A stretch of DNA of 17,863 bases from an uncultured Isosphaeraceae bacterium (GTDB taxonomy: Bacteria; Planctomycetota; Planctomycetia; Isosphaerales; Isosphaeraceae). Positions 7,101 to 15,609 of the stretch are shown here, in pieces (within the stretch, counting starts at the first letter, position 1; every line of letters begins with the position of its first letter). Position numbers and translations under genes: made by a program. The notes under the pieces were generated by a model that made no database searches, was not told where the DNA came from, and saw only the letters and a program-made list of their open reading frames with translations. Location: assembly GCA_937858365.1 (NCBI GenBank), contig CALLYK010000373.1, positions 1 through 17,863 on the forward strand, given 5' to 3'.

Positions 7101-10100
7101 CCGGGTGCGTTTGCGCCATCTCGTGCGGGGCCGGCCGCCAGAGAGCCGGCAGAGCGTCCGTGGGCGGTTGCGGGCCGACATCGGGGCCCGACCGCGCGTG
7201 ATTGAGAAGAACGGTCATCGCGCGGGAATTGATGGTGTTGCCGATGCGTCCGGCCAGGAGCTGGGCCTCGTTCCTCAGCGCCGGCACGCGCGCGGCCTCC
7301 TGCACGAGGAGCGCCTCGGGCCAATCTCGAGGCGCCTGGGTTTGATTCAGTTCATTCAGATAGACCGTTTGTTCTTGGGGCGAGCTCTGTCTCTTCTCGC
7401 GTTCCTCGCGGGCCGCGATGATCACGGGAAGGGCCTCTTCAGGCCGGCCTCGCGCGATTGCGACCAGGGCAACCAAGGCACCGGCCTGTTCGACCTTGGC
7501 GTCGGCTGCGTTGCGGGCCTCTTCGGCGAGTTCTTCTAGCTTACCGGCCTCGCGCGCCGCGGCGATCAGGGCCCCACTCGTCGAGACAATTCCATCCACC
7601 GCTTGAGGAGGTTGGGCCTTGAAGACGGCAGGGGTCTCATCTGTTGGGGCCCCGCAGGCCAGGAAGCGCACGAGTTTCCGGTCGTTGGTCGGAAGCGTCC
7701 AGGTCCTGAGTCGTTCATACCGCTCGGCTGCGGGGAGCCGCGCGAGCAAGTACGAAAGGCGTTGCAATGCCGGCGCGATGCTCGGCTCGTTGTAAGGGAC
7801 GACGGGAAGGTCGGCGAACTTGCCGAGGGCGAGCAAGGCCTCGTCGAGACGGTCGGCACGCGCGTACTCCACGGCGACGCGCGCCAAGGCGGTCTTCACT
7901 GGACCCGCCGACTGTTCGAAACTCTGGTTCGGAAGCCTCGGTAGTTCCTCGATGGCCTTCTGGTAGTCGTCAAGAAGGGCCGAAGCGGCGTCGGCCTTGT
8001 TCTTCGCGAAGTAGTGCCGCGCCAGGGCGATGCTGAGGTCTCCACCGCCGGCCGTGATCTGTCCGGCCGTGTTGAGTCGCTTGATGGCCCGCGCCACCAC
8101 GAGTTCGGCCGCTTCCGCGCAGGTGGGCGTCTTCAGGGCGGGTAAGGCCGCGTGGCAGGCCAGTTCGGCCGTGTTTTGCAGTGAGTCTTTTTCCAAACGC
8201 GCGGCCAGGTCGGCCAGGCCCTTGGAAGCAGACACGGAATCATCGGCTTTGAGGGCCAACAATGTCCTAAGGACCTTCAGCGGCAATTCGGCCAGGGGTT
8301 CGGCCGCACGGGCCTCGATCCGGCGTTCCAGGTCTTGCCGGGCGTTCGCGCGTAACGCCCAGGTTGCCAGGATCGCGCCGACGCTTCGCGGCGACGTTGT
8401 TCTCGATGCGGCCAAGGAGCTCGGATATAGGAAGGCCTCGCGCGGCCTCGCCTCGGGCAAGACGACCTCGCGAAGCACCGCGTAAACGTCGGCGGGCGGC
8501 ACCTTCGCTTCGACCCAGGCTCGCTCCAGTGGAATGATCGCCTGGATGACCGACTCGGGGCCGGACGTCTGGGCCGGTTCGTTCTGACCATAAACGCTGA
8601 CCACTCTCGTGAGGCGAAGATTGTTCGGCTCCACGTTGATGGGCGTGATCGGCGGCCCGCCGCGCAGGGCGTCGCGCGTGGCCCGTAGAGAGAGGGCCCC
8701 CAGGCCGTTTTCAGCGGCCAGCTTGGCGACCTCAAGGGCCTGTTGAAACCGATCAGCCGTCGTACCGATGGCCTGGGGCTGACTCACAGTGGTGAACGTG
8801 GTTAGCGCTCCAGAAGTGCTCGAAATGGCGAGGGGAGCGGCCGTGGCGGGCGCGGCGGGTTGAAGCCTCACGGCAGCCACGGCCCTGGTCATGACGGCCG
8901 TCGCCGCCGGGGCTGGGACGGACGGCGGGGGTGGAGGCGGTGCCAGTGACGTGCCGCCTGTTGGGGCGGTACCACCCGTCTTGGACGGGACAAGGATTGA
9001 TTCCAGGAGTTCCGTCCAATACGCTTCCGCGCGGGCCTTGTCGCCGGATTCGAGTGCGAGCTGGCCCCACTCTCGCAGGATCGCTTGCGTCCAGATCGCG
9101 TCGGTCTGGCGACGCGCCGCCTCACGGGCCCGCACGGCAAGCGTCTCGCCGATGGGCCGGAGCGACTCGTTTTTCAAGCAGAGTCGGGCCACCGGCCAGA
9201 CCCCCAGCCATTTCGCGGCCACGTCGCGCTGGCGGCTGTTGGCTCGGGCCCCCTTGGGCAGTTCTTCCAGGGGCGACCGATCCACCAAGGTGATGAGTCC
9301 TTTCAGCGCCGAATCGATGCCTTCAGCCTTGCCTTCCGCGAACGCGGCCAGGGAAAGGGCGACGTGTGCGCTCAAGTCGTCCGGCTTCTCGCTCGCGAGG
9401 CGCTTGAGTTCGTCGTTGGCCTCCTTGAAGAGTCCCGGTGTCCTCACGGCGCCCGTCAAGGTGTCGCCGAGAAGGCTGATGAGCGTCGCGTTACGCAGGT
9501 CGCGTGGTTGAACGAGAAGGACCAGGTCGAGGGCCTCGCCATGAGGGGCCGTCGCCCCAACCGGCCAGACGAGGCTGCGCAACGTGCGTTCACGGTCCTC
9601 CTGCTTTTCTAGGGCCCTAAGGGCGACCTGGACTTGATCGCGAAGCTGTTGGCTGAATTGGTCTTGGCCCCCGAACATCGAGGCGGCCGCGTTCAAGGTC
9701 GACGTGTCGGCGAGGGCCCCGTTGTAGATCCGAAGGGAGTCGGCGGGGAAGCCTGCTTGGAGTAGGAGCATGCCTCGCGACATGGACGCGTTCACTCGGC
9801 GATAAGCCTGGTACGCGGGGTCATTCACGTAGTATTCGTCATTGAGTCGATCGGGCCGAAGCAGGAGTGCCCGGGCTTCTTCCGGCCGCTCCGTGCGCCG
9901 ATAAAGCTCGGCCAGGCGACGGGCGATCGTGTTCTCCATGTCGTTGGGATCATTCTTAAAGGTCGGAGTCGCGAGGGTCTCCTTGTACAGGCGCTCGGCG
10001 AGCGGCTGCGTGGCGGGGTCGTTTTCCAACTCTTGCCCGAGCGCCAGGACGGTCGAAGACGTTCGCGGCGAGTTCTCGTCCAAGAGGGCGAAGAGTTCCG

Positions 10101-13100
10101 CGATCGCTTGAGCGCCTTGGGCGGTCCGGCCCGCTCGGAGGTCGATGATCGCCCGGATGCCCTTGCCGCCGTACCATTCGGGCCAGCGTTTCGTCGCCTC
10201 GTCGATCTCCGCGGCGATGGCGTCGAGCTTTCCTTGTCGGTCGGCTACCTGGAGCAGTCGGGCGAGCATGGTCATCGACTGACCGTTCCTGGAATACGAC
10301 ATGATGTTGCTGTCGAGCCCCGACCACGGTGCCGGGGGCCCGGCGCTCGCCTTGGGAATGAGGTAGTCGTGAACGTATTCGTAGAGTTCGGGGAGTTCCC
10401 AAACCTCGTCGCTCGGGCTGTTTAACAACATCTCATAGCGCGAGTTAGGGAGAGACTTCCAGCCCTTCTTGAAGATCTCCAGCGACAGCTCGCGCGTGCT
10501 CGAGTCGTTTTCCAGCGACATCATCAGGTTGGTGATCGCGTACGTCTGACCACGCGCCATCGCCCGTAGGTCGAGGTCCCGAACCAGCGCGATCAACTCG
10601 TCACGCTTGCCGGCCCGCTGGAATGCCTGGATCATCTGATACGCATAACGGCCGAACTGCGCCGGGTCTTTCTTGATGGCGACGGCGTAATGCTCGGCCG
10701 CCGTGGCGAAGTCCTGGGCCTGATAGGCCGTGTTGGCAATCTGTTGACGGAGTGCCGCGTCGTCGGGACGGAGTTCCAGGAGCTTTTTCTGGACCTCCTT
10801 CACCTTGTCGCGCTTGCCGGCCGCGTTGTAGTACATCGAGAGGGTTTGATAGAGGCCGATCGAGCTCGGCGAGCGCGCGACCTGACTTTCCAGCCGCTCG
10901 ATCTGTTCATCGAGCTTGCCAGAGCGCGAGAGTAACTGAAGGGCCTGCATCTGGGCCGCGTCGATCGACCCTGAGACGACATACGGCTGGTTCGAGCGTT
11001 GCGGCGAGCGGCGCATGATTTGGTAGGCCACTTGCAGGGCCTCTTCCATGCGGTCTTGCCGCTGATATTGGGCCATCAAGTTGGCCAGGGCGTTAGGGTC
11101 GTTGCCCGATCGGCGGCGGGCGCGACCCAGCACGGCCTCGGCCAACTCGTGCATGCCAAGCTGGTGCATCTGCTGGGCGAGTTGGACTTGAGTGTTCGCG
11201 TCCAGACGCAGGCCGAAAAGGCGTTCCGCTGCCTTCCGCGCCCGATCGACGTTGCCGCCCAACACGGCCAGGCGCAAGGCCAGCAACTCGCGACGCTGCA
11301 TCAGCTTCTGGTCGGCCGGCTCGACGGAATCGACCAACGCGAGCGCTTCCAGCGGCTCGTTGCGATTGGCCCGCAGTTCCGCCAGCGAGAGCTTCATCTC
11401 CACGTCGTTGGGGACGCTCTCGACCACCGTCGTCAGATCGCGCAGGGCCTCGTCTTTCTCGTCGTTCCACCACTTGATGTAAGCGAGGGCCAGGCGCTCG
11501 TAGTTAGGGTCGCGCATCGCGGCCTTCAGGCGGTCCTCGAGGTGCTTGGTCAGGTCGCTCAGGACGTCGCCTTGGCGATAGACCTCATAAGCGTTCCGCA
11601 AAACGCCGATGGCGGCCATATCGAAATAGGCCCCAGGCATGGGGAAGTCCAAGTTGATAAACCGCGAGGTGTTCCTGCCCAGAGAGATCGACACGCCCTG
11701 CCGGTTCTGGAATGTGCTTGAGGAGGCGCTTGCGCCCTTGGCCCGGCGGGCCACTCGTTCGGGTGCGGAAAGGCCGTCCAGGGCGTGGTCCAGAAGGCGG
11801 AGCACGTCGGGCATCCGCTTGTTCTCGTAACAATGGCCCATCGCTTGGGTGAAGCCGTTCAGCGCCATGCTTACCATCGTCGCCCCGCTTGGTTGCCTAG
11901 CGGTCAGGGCCCGATCGTACTTGTCCGCGAGGACGATCAATCGGTCGATGTCGCCACGGGAGGCCGCGAGGTTGAGGGCCACACTCAAACTGGACGGGTC
12001 GTTCGCGCTTTCCGTCATTTCGCGATAGAGGGCCTCTTCGGCCTCAGTACGCTTGGCCCGCTTCAACTCGGTGATCAAGCTGTTCGTGACGGCCCCAGCC
12101 CATTCCGGTTCGCGCTTCCGGAGCGTCTCATAAGAGGCGACGAGGGTGTCGAGCTCGTCGTCGGGAAGGGGGGGCGTCCGATCGACGTTTCCCTGAGTGG
12201 GCACGGCCGCGCGCAAGAGGCCCGCCGAGGCCCCAGGGTTGGTCCGGCCGGCCACCGATTGCAAGAACGCCCAGAGGCACTGCGGGTCGTTGGGGGCCGA
12301 TCGTGCCAGGAGCAGCCCCGCTTTGTAAAATTCCTTGGGCTCGTTGCGCAGCGATGTCAGATAAAACCAGTCGCGGACGGCGCGCGGGTCGGCGTTGGGG
12401 GCCTCGGCCGCTTCACGCAGCTGCTTCAAGAGGGCCTCGTCGGTCTCGTCGCGCTGGGCGACCACCACGAGCCAGGCCAGCGCGGCTTGACGCGCCTGAC
12501 CGTAGTCGTAGGGCGCCCAGGCCCGGCCCGATTGTGACATCTGCATCGAGTAATTCGCGTAGCGTGGGTCGAGTCCGGTGGCGCCGCGGACCTCGTAGTT
12601 CTGCGCGGCGCGTCGATACATCGGGTTCGATGTGTAGAGTGACTGGTTCGCCTGGGCGAGCGCGCTGACACCCGCCGGACGACCGCCCGACGTCTTCTTC
12701 CGCGTCCTCTCGATCAAGTTCAACTGGTCATCGTCCACGCGGAGGGAGAGCAGGTCGCGGAAACGTTGGGACGACTCCTTCAGCCTCTCGGCTTGCTGAA
12801 GCGCGAAGGCCTCTCGGTAGAGAAGGTCCCAGTTGGCCGGGTCCTTGCGCAAGAGTTTCTCCGTGATCGAGAGCACCGTCTCGTGCTTGCCCGCGGCGAT
12901 GAGGCTGTCGATCGCCTGGAGGACCCGATGGACCTCGGCCTCGTCGTTGGCGACGGCCATCCAAACGTTCTCGGCCTCCGTGGTCTCACCGGCCTTTGTG
13001 TAGAGCGTGGCCAAGCGAGTCGTGCCGTCGAATCCTGGGGCCACATCGTTGATTTGCTTCTGGTATCGCGCGGCCGAGTTGAAGTCTCCCTCGGTCTCCG

Positions 13101-15609
13101 CCAGGTTGGAAAGCTGCTGAAGGAGCTGTGTGTCGCGAGAGTTGGCCGCGAGCAGGCTTTCCAACTGCTGACGCGCGGCCATATAGTCGCCGGCCGACGT
13201 GTACGCTTGCGCCAGGCAGGCCGCTTTCTCGCGTGGCTGCTGCTGAACGTCTCCCTCTTGAAAGGCCCGCTCAATGCGCGCCGTCAGGCGGTCGAACTGG
13301 TTTTGCTGAAGGTAGAGGTTCGCGAGCTTGGCCACGATGCCCACCTTGGCGTCGAGCGCGGGTGTCTTGTCGAAGGCCCGCCAATAAATCTCGATCGCTT
13401 CTTCCGTGCGAAACTGACCGGCGAGTGCGTCGCCCAGCGTGAGGGCGGCCTTGGGGTCGGCCTCGTTCAAGCGCGCCGCGCGGCGGAGGGCCTTCAGCCC
13501 TTCCTCGGACTCGCCCAACCCAAAGCAAAGCTCGGCGAACGCCTGGTAGTGTTCCGGATTGTTGGGGGCCGCGGCGAGCAGTTCGCGCCCCGCCTTCAGG
13601 GCCTCATCACGACGGCCAAGGCGAGCCTCGAGGCGAGCGATCGCGGTGAGGTGCTCGGTCCGCGCCCTACGGTCGATCGCGGCCAACTTGCGGAAGAGGT
13701 CGGCGGCGGCGCCGAGATTTCCCGACGATTCCTCGAAGCGCGCCGCGGCCACGTGCGCCGGGACCGACTTCGGCTCGAGTTCGATCGCCTTGCGGATCGC
13801 CGCGAGCGCGTCGGGGAGACGTTGGGCCGCCTCGTCATATCGTGCCAGTTTCAGGTATCGTTCCGAGGTCGCTTCCTTGCCGGCATTGAGTTCCCCTTTC
13901 AACGTCTCGATCATGGCGCCGAGCTTACCGCCGGCTTGCAGGTCCTTGATCCGCGCGGTGAGCACGGCCTCGCGCTGCTCGGGATCGTCGGCGAGCGGTT
14001 CGGCCGCGTCGAGCTCGGCGAGGGCCTCGTCGTAACGCTCCAATTGCGCCAGCAAGTCGGCGTGTTTGATGCGCGGCTCGAACGACTTCGGGTCCATCCC
14101 CACGGCCTCCGCGGCGACCTTCTCGGCCTCTTTCCTGTAGCCAAAGCCGGAAAGGACCTCGGCCAGGCGCGCCAGGTTTGGCGCTGTGCGGTTTGGTCCT
14201 TCAGCCATCGCCGACCAAGCGGTCAGGGCCTCCTCACCGCGCTTCTGAGAGTGCAGGTTTTCGCCGAGATACTCGCGGAATTGCGGGGCGTCGGGGGCCA
14301 GACCCACGGCCTTGCGATAGAGTGAGAGGGCCTCGTCGTTGAGTTCGGCCTTGCGGAAGAGTTCGGCCACCTGGGCGGCGACACCCGCGTCTTTGGGGCG
14401 GGCCTCCAGGAGCTTCCGCCATACGGTCGCGGCGGCCTGCTTGCGCTCGACTTCCGGCCGCGCGGGGTCGCGCAGAATCAAGCGGCCCCAGTCGCGGATC
14501 GTGTCGGGATTGCCGGGGTCGGTCTTGGCCATTTCCTCGTACTGGCCGGCGGCCTCGCCGAACTTCTTCTCGGCCACGAGTTGCTCGACCAGGGCCAGCC
14601 GAAGTTCCTTGCGCGAAGGGGCCAACTTGACCGCCGCGGTAAGGGCCTCGCGCGCCTCGGGGGCCCGCCCAAGCGACGCGAGCACGCGGGCCCGGCGCGC
14701 GATCGCGTCGATGTCGTCCGGGTGCTTCTTGATCCAGCCTTCGTAATAAGTGGCTAGGCCGTTTTGGTCGTCGTTGCGCAGGAAGACCTCTTCCACCTTG
14801 CGTCTGACCTCCTTATGCAGCCAGCTCTCGGGGTTGAGGTTGGCGAGAAGGCCCTCGAAGTCGGCGACGGCATCGGTCTTCTTGCCCAGGCGGACCTTCA
14901 AATCGGCGACCTCCATCTTGTATTGGACCTTGCGATACGGGTCGCGCGCGGCGGCGGCGAGTTTCTCATAACGAGGCAAGGCCAGGGCCGACTGCCCCTC
15001 CTCGGCGAGCGTCAGGGCGATCTGCTCGGCCACGCGCGCGTCTTCGGGGAACTGCTTTTCCAGCCGTTCCCAAACCTTGAGGGCCTCGGCATCGCGACGG
15101 GCACGCTGATGGACGCGGCCCAGGGCCTGATACATCTCCATCGAATCGGCGCGGGCCGGCTTGCGCGCCAAGGCCCGCTCGAAGGCGTCGACGGCCGCGT
15201 CGGGGCGACCCACCAGCACGAGTGTCTGACCCAGATAGAACGAAGCCAGGGCGTCGTCGGGCCGGGTCTTTTCGGCCTCGCTGAAGGCGGTCACGGCGGA
15301 CGCGTCACGCCCGCGTTGCGCCTCGATCAGGCCAAGGACCATCCACGAGGCGCCGTCTTTGGGGTCCTGCGCCGTCTTTTCTCGATAGCGCGCGGTGAGC
15401 TGGTCGAGCGTGCCCCGTTCGACATGGTAGCCGTAAACGCGATCCAGCGCGGTGCCGCGCTTGGGTGTTTTTTCAAGCAGGCCGACGAACCGGTCGACCA
15501 CCTTCGCCTCGCGTTCGGAATCGGCATCGTCTTGGCCGAAGGCCGCCAAGGTGGCCAAGACCGTCAGGCTAAGACCCGTCGACCACCATCGGGACGCACG
15601 AAGACGCAT
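4159..15609 (-). CDS. Giant secreted multidomain protein (about 3,817 aa). It has a signal peptide, a TPR-like solenoid of about 2,200 aa, a Pro-rich linker, an alpha-helical region of about 500 aa, and two tandem modules of about 600 aa. Each module ends in two LamG/DUF1080-like jelly-roll domains. The architecture recalls the Rhodopirellula DUF1581/DUF1583 paralog families.
   Basis: One uninterrupted minus-strand frame covers 11.45 kb. The track's start (15786) is a 5' extension. The ATG at 15609-15607 has AGGGAGGA 7 nt upstream and is followed by a Sec-type signal peptide (MRLRASRWWSTGLSLTVLATLAAFG|QDD). Nt about 15530..9000 hold degenerate 34-residue A/L/E/R-rich TPR-like repeats. The linker TGGTAPTGGTSLAPPPPPPSVPAPAATAV is at about 8885-8960. 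Each C-terminal module holds two domains ending in DUF1080-like motifs (SPWIALEATGGRFLDLRIDGRP, FGLFHFKDQTRVKVRATTLTGDW, SPWLFLKSAATGQGALRDVRIQGGP, FGLFRWADSPTTRVRNVEISGPW). Confidence 0.85.
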   Translation of the reverse strand: MRLRASRWWSTGLSLTVLATLAAFGQDDADSEREAKVVDRFVGLLEKTPKRGTALDRVYGYHVERGTLDQLTARYREKTAQDPKDGASWMVLGLIEAQRGRDASAVTAFSEAEKTRPDDALASFYLGQTLVLVGRPDAAVDAFERALARKPARADSMEMYQALGRVHQRARRDAEALKVWERLEKQFPEDARVAEQIALTLAEEGQSALALPRYEKLAAAARDPYRKVQYKMEVADLKVRLGKKTDAVADFEGLLANLNPESWLHKEVRRKVEEVFLRNDDQNGLATYYEGWIKKHPDDIDAIARRARVLASLGRAPEAREALTAAVKLAPSRKELRLALVEQLVAEKKFGEAAGQYEEMAKTDPGNPDTIRDWGRLILRDPARPEVERKQAAATVWRKLLEARPKDAGVAAQVAELFRKAELNDEALSLYRKAVGLAPDAPQFREYLGENLHSQKRGEEALTAWSAMAEGPNRTAPNLARLAEVLSGFGYRKEAEKVAAEAVGMDPKSFEPRIKHADLLAQLERYDEALAELDAAEPLADDPEQREAVLTARIKDLQAGGKLGAMIETLKGELNAGKEATSERYLKLARYDEAAQRLPDALAAIRKAIELEPKSVPAHVAAARFEESSGNLGAAADLFRKLAAIDRRARTEHLTAIARLEARLGRRDEALKAGRELLAAAPNNPEHYQAFAELCFGLGESEEGLKALRRAARLNEADPKAALTLGDALAGQFRTEEAIEIYWRAFDKTPALDAKVGIVAKLANLYLQQNQFDRLTARIERAFQEGDVQQQPREKAACLAQAYTSAGDYMAARQQLESLLAANSRDTQLLQQLSNLAETEGDFNSAARYQKQINDVAPGFDGTTRLATLYTKAGETTEAENVWMAVANDEAEVHRVLQAIDSLIAAGKHETVLSITEKLLRKDPANWDLLYREAFALQQAERLKESSQRFRDLLSLRVDDDQLNLIERTRKKTSGGRPAGVSALAQANQSLYTSNPMYRRAAQNYEVRGATGLDPRYANYSMQMSQSGRAWAPYDYGQARQAALAWLVVVAQRDETDEALLKQLREAAEAPNADPRAVRDWFYLTSLRNEPKEFYKAGLLLARSAPNDPQCLWAFLQSVAGRTNPGASAGLLRAAVPTQGNVDRTPPLPDDELDTLVASYETLRKREPEWAGAVTNSLITELKRAKRTEAEEALYREMTESANDPSSLSVALNLAASRGDIDRLIVLADKYDRALTARQPSGATMVSMALNGFTQAMGHCYENKRMPDVLRLLDHALDGLSAPERVARRAKGASASSSTFQNRQGVSISLGRNTSRFINLDFPMPGAYFDMAAIGVLRNAYEVYRQGDVLSDLTKHLEDRLKAAMRDPNYERLALAYIKWWNDEKDEALRDLTTVVESVPNDVEMKLSLAELRANRNEPLEALALVDSVEPADQKLMQRRELLALRLAVLGGNVDRARKAAERLFGLRLDANTQVQLAQQMHQLGMHELAEAVLGRARRRSGNDPNALANLMAQYQRQDRMEEALQVAYQIMRRSPQRSNQPYVVSGSIDAAQMQALQLLSRSGKLDEQIERLESQVARSPSSIGLYQTLSMYYNAAGKRDKVKEVQKKLLELRPDDAALRQQIANTAYQAQDFATAAEHYAVAIKKDPAQFGRYAYQMIQAFQRAGKRDELIALVRDLDLRAMARGQTYAITNLMMSLENDSSTRELSLEIFKKGWKSLPNSRYEMLLNSPSDEVWELPELYEYVHDYLIPKASAGPPAPWSGLDSNIMSYSRNGQSMTMLARLLQVADRQGKLDAIAAEIDEATKRWPEWYGGKGIRAIIDLRAGRTAQGAQAIAELFALLDENSPRTSSTVLALGQELENDPATQPLAERLYKETLATPTFKNDPNDMENTIARRLAELYRRTERPEEARALLLRPDRLNDEYYVNDPAYQAYRRVNASMSRGMLLLQAGFPADSLRIYNGALADTSTLNAAASMFGGQDQFSQQLRDQVQVALRALEKQEDRERTLRSLVWPVGATAPHGEALDLVLLVQPRDLRNATLISLLGDTLTGAVRTPGLFKEANDELKRLASEKPDDLSAHVALSLAAFAEGKAEGIDSALKGLITLVDRSPLEELPKGARANSRQRDVAAKWLGVWPVARLCLKNESLRPIGETLAVRAREAARRQTDAIWTQAILREWGQLALESGDKARAEAYWTELLESILVPSKTGGTAPTGGTSLAPPPPPPSVPAPAATAVMTRAVAAVRLQPAAPATAAPLAISSTSGALTTFTTVSQPQAIGTTADRFQQALEVAKLAAENGLGALSLRATRDALRGGPPITPINVEPNNLRLTRVVSVYGQNEPAQTSGPESVIQAIIPLERAWVEAKVPPADVYAVLREVVLPEARPREAFLYPSSLAASRTTSPRSVGAILATWALRANARQDLERRIEARAAEPLAELPLKVLRTLLALKADDSVSASKGLADLAARLEKDSLQNTAELACHAALPALKTPTCAEAAELVVARAIKRLNTAGQITAGGGDLSIALARHYFAKNKADAASALLDDYQKAIEELPRLPNQSFEQSAGPVKTALARVAVEYARADRLDEALLALGKFADLPVVPYNEPSIAPALQRLSYLLARLPAAERYERLRTWTLPTNDRKLVRFLACGAPTDETPAVFKAQPPQAVDGIVSTSGALIAAAREAGKLEELAEEARNAADAKVEQAGALVALVAIARGRPEEALPVIIAAREEREKRQSSPQEQTVYLNELNQTQAPRDWPEALLVQEAARVPALRNEAQLLAGRIGNTINSRAMTVLLNHARSGPDVGPQPPTDALPALWRPAPHEMAQTHPEAGQVARWVLAEDVLGHVGAPDDSCLFFAVPITGTFRIDVRTFQGLLSYGGQSIGLTPGQHYVFDGGTGNQDSLAGPGMIGPHSESVSPALPTNTSNGPTRLTIDVAPEHTRFLIDGRLIHEAKGPSSPWIALEATGGRFLDLRIDGRPEVPRVVKLLQGDDLRQWSARFFKERVKPRKDAVLRRSSRDADEEFQAIYQRRGAEPAPRVFDWEAGDGVIIGQRIDRAIGSLADDSVPSLLRFVRPLGDGDTLSYEFHYVPGAEMVHPALGRLVFQLDPDRVRAHWITDKADLDPTGLPINNVADDPAIKQGPGPLPLKADDWNEVKLALRDGSVSLSLNGRVIAERPLEPANDRLFGLFHFKDQTRVKVRATTLTGDWPATLPANLLEPAVAPDPAARLVRAAWIGDYPVIADAPHFLREIQGLPAAERHRRLVEWVLPSASHESVRIARYPVFSPEGCTFGSPVFDMIAAAREAGKLDELAEKFAAVPVKDEPQARVKMALTTLVASAQGRNDEARATLAELTKATKALPPQAPLEGRQAEMLALAGVLPNRDLLEAAAPLADALKERAKRPPDGPKTPIRRQNQPPQQGQPEPYVAPATLDALRLAFERDRLARGEALSPPSSRWLTASRDSSRAASLTSLPATWTERDHRIAHVPGQGPERLYLATPLTGDFDFQALLEGMSDDQVVVDYAGTSLQVDAEGKNAQLTTAGGAVRTIPLDPPVDPARGLLPFRMVVKGGRCQFFLADHQVVNEPIRRDASPWLFLKSAATGQGALRDVRIQGGPTVPDRVALSGPRTWTDWSGLRSPSGTNWPSFWQSQNTEVLGKQAPNASVDYETALFHSRPMADGETITYEARGEKGPSSVHPAIGGQVFLLGPEGVQLHRLTDPGTGQEDLSPGNTAELSGFDKGPLPFKEKEWDRVSLTLSGDKVSITLNGKRLGEAPLEKGAPRRFGLFRWADSPTTRVRNVEISGPWKFAE
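4162..5950 (-). repeat. Module copy 2 of the duplicated unit, forming the C-terminus of the giant protein.
   Basis: Motifs in the same order: ...LPAAERHRRLVEWVLP ... IAAAREAGKLDELAEKFAAV ... PLTGDFDFQAL ... SPWLFLKSAATGQGALRDVRIQGGPTVP ... TYEARGEKGPSSVHPAIGGQVFLL ... WDRVSLTLSGDKVSITLNGKRLGEAPLEK ... FGLFRWADSPTTRVRNVEISGPW. DNA of the paralogous segments 5659-5704 and 7528-7573 is about 80% identical by hand alignment. Confidence 0.5.
5951..7850 (-). repeat. Module copy 1 (intragenic, protein level) of the duplicated unit of about 600 aa in the giant gene.
   Basis: Order of motifs: ...LPAAERYERLRTWTLP ... IAAAREAGKLEELAEEARNA ... PITGTFRIDV ... SPWIALEATGGRFLDLRIDGRPEVP ... SYEFHYVPGAEMVHPALGRLVFQL ... 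WNEVKLALRDGSVSLSLNGRVIAERPLEP ... FGLFHFKDQTRVKVRATTLTGDW. Boundaries are approximate (+/- 100 nt). Confidence 0.5.

Noticed and set aside
12766-14325. 519-aa + strand ORF (and similar + strand ORFs at 5326-6099, 6172-6816, 6853-7539, 10999-11721, 11785-12537, 14764-15822) inside the giant gene
   Set aside because: All are antisense to a single continuous 11.45-kb minus-strand frame that has recognisable TPR and jelly-roll domains. The translations are Arg/Gly/Leu-rich low-complexity strings with no motifs. They are GC-composition artefacts.
4159-15609. Search for metalloprotease HExxH, Cys-rich or other catalytic signatures in the giant protein
   Set aside because: Only an HEMAQTH (HExxxxH) string was found, which does not match a zincin motif. 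There are no cysteine clusters. No catalytic assignment is supported.
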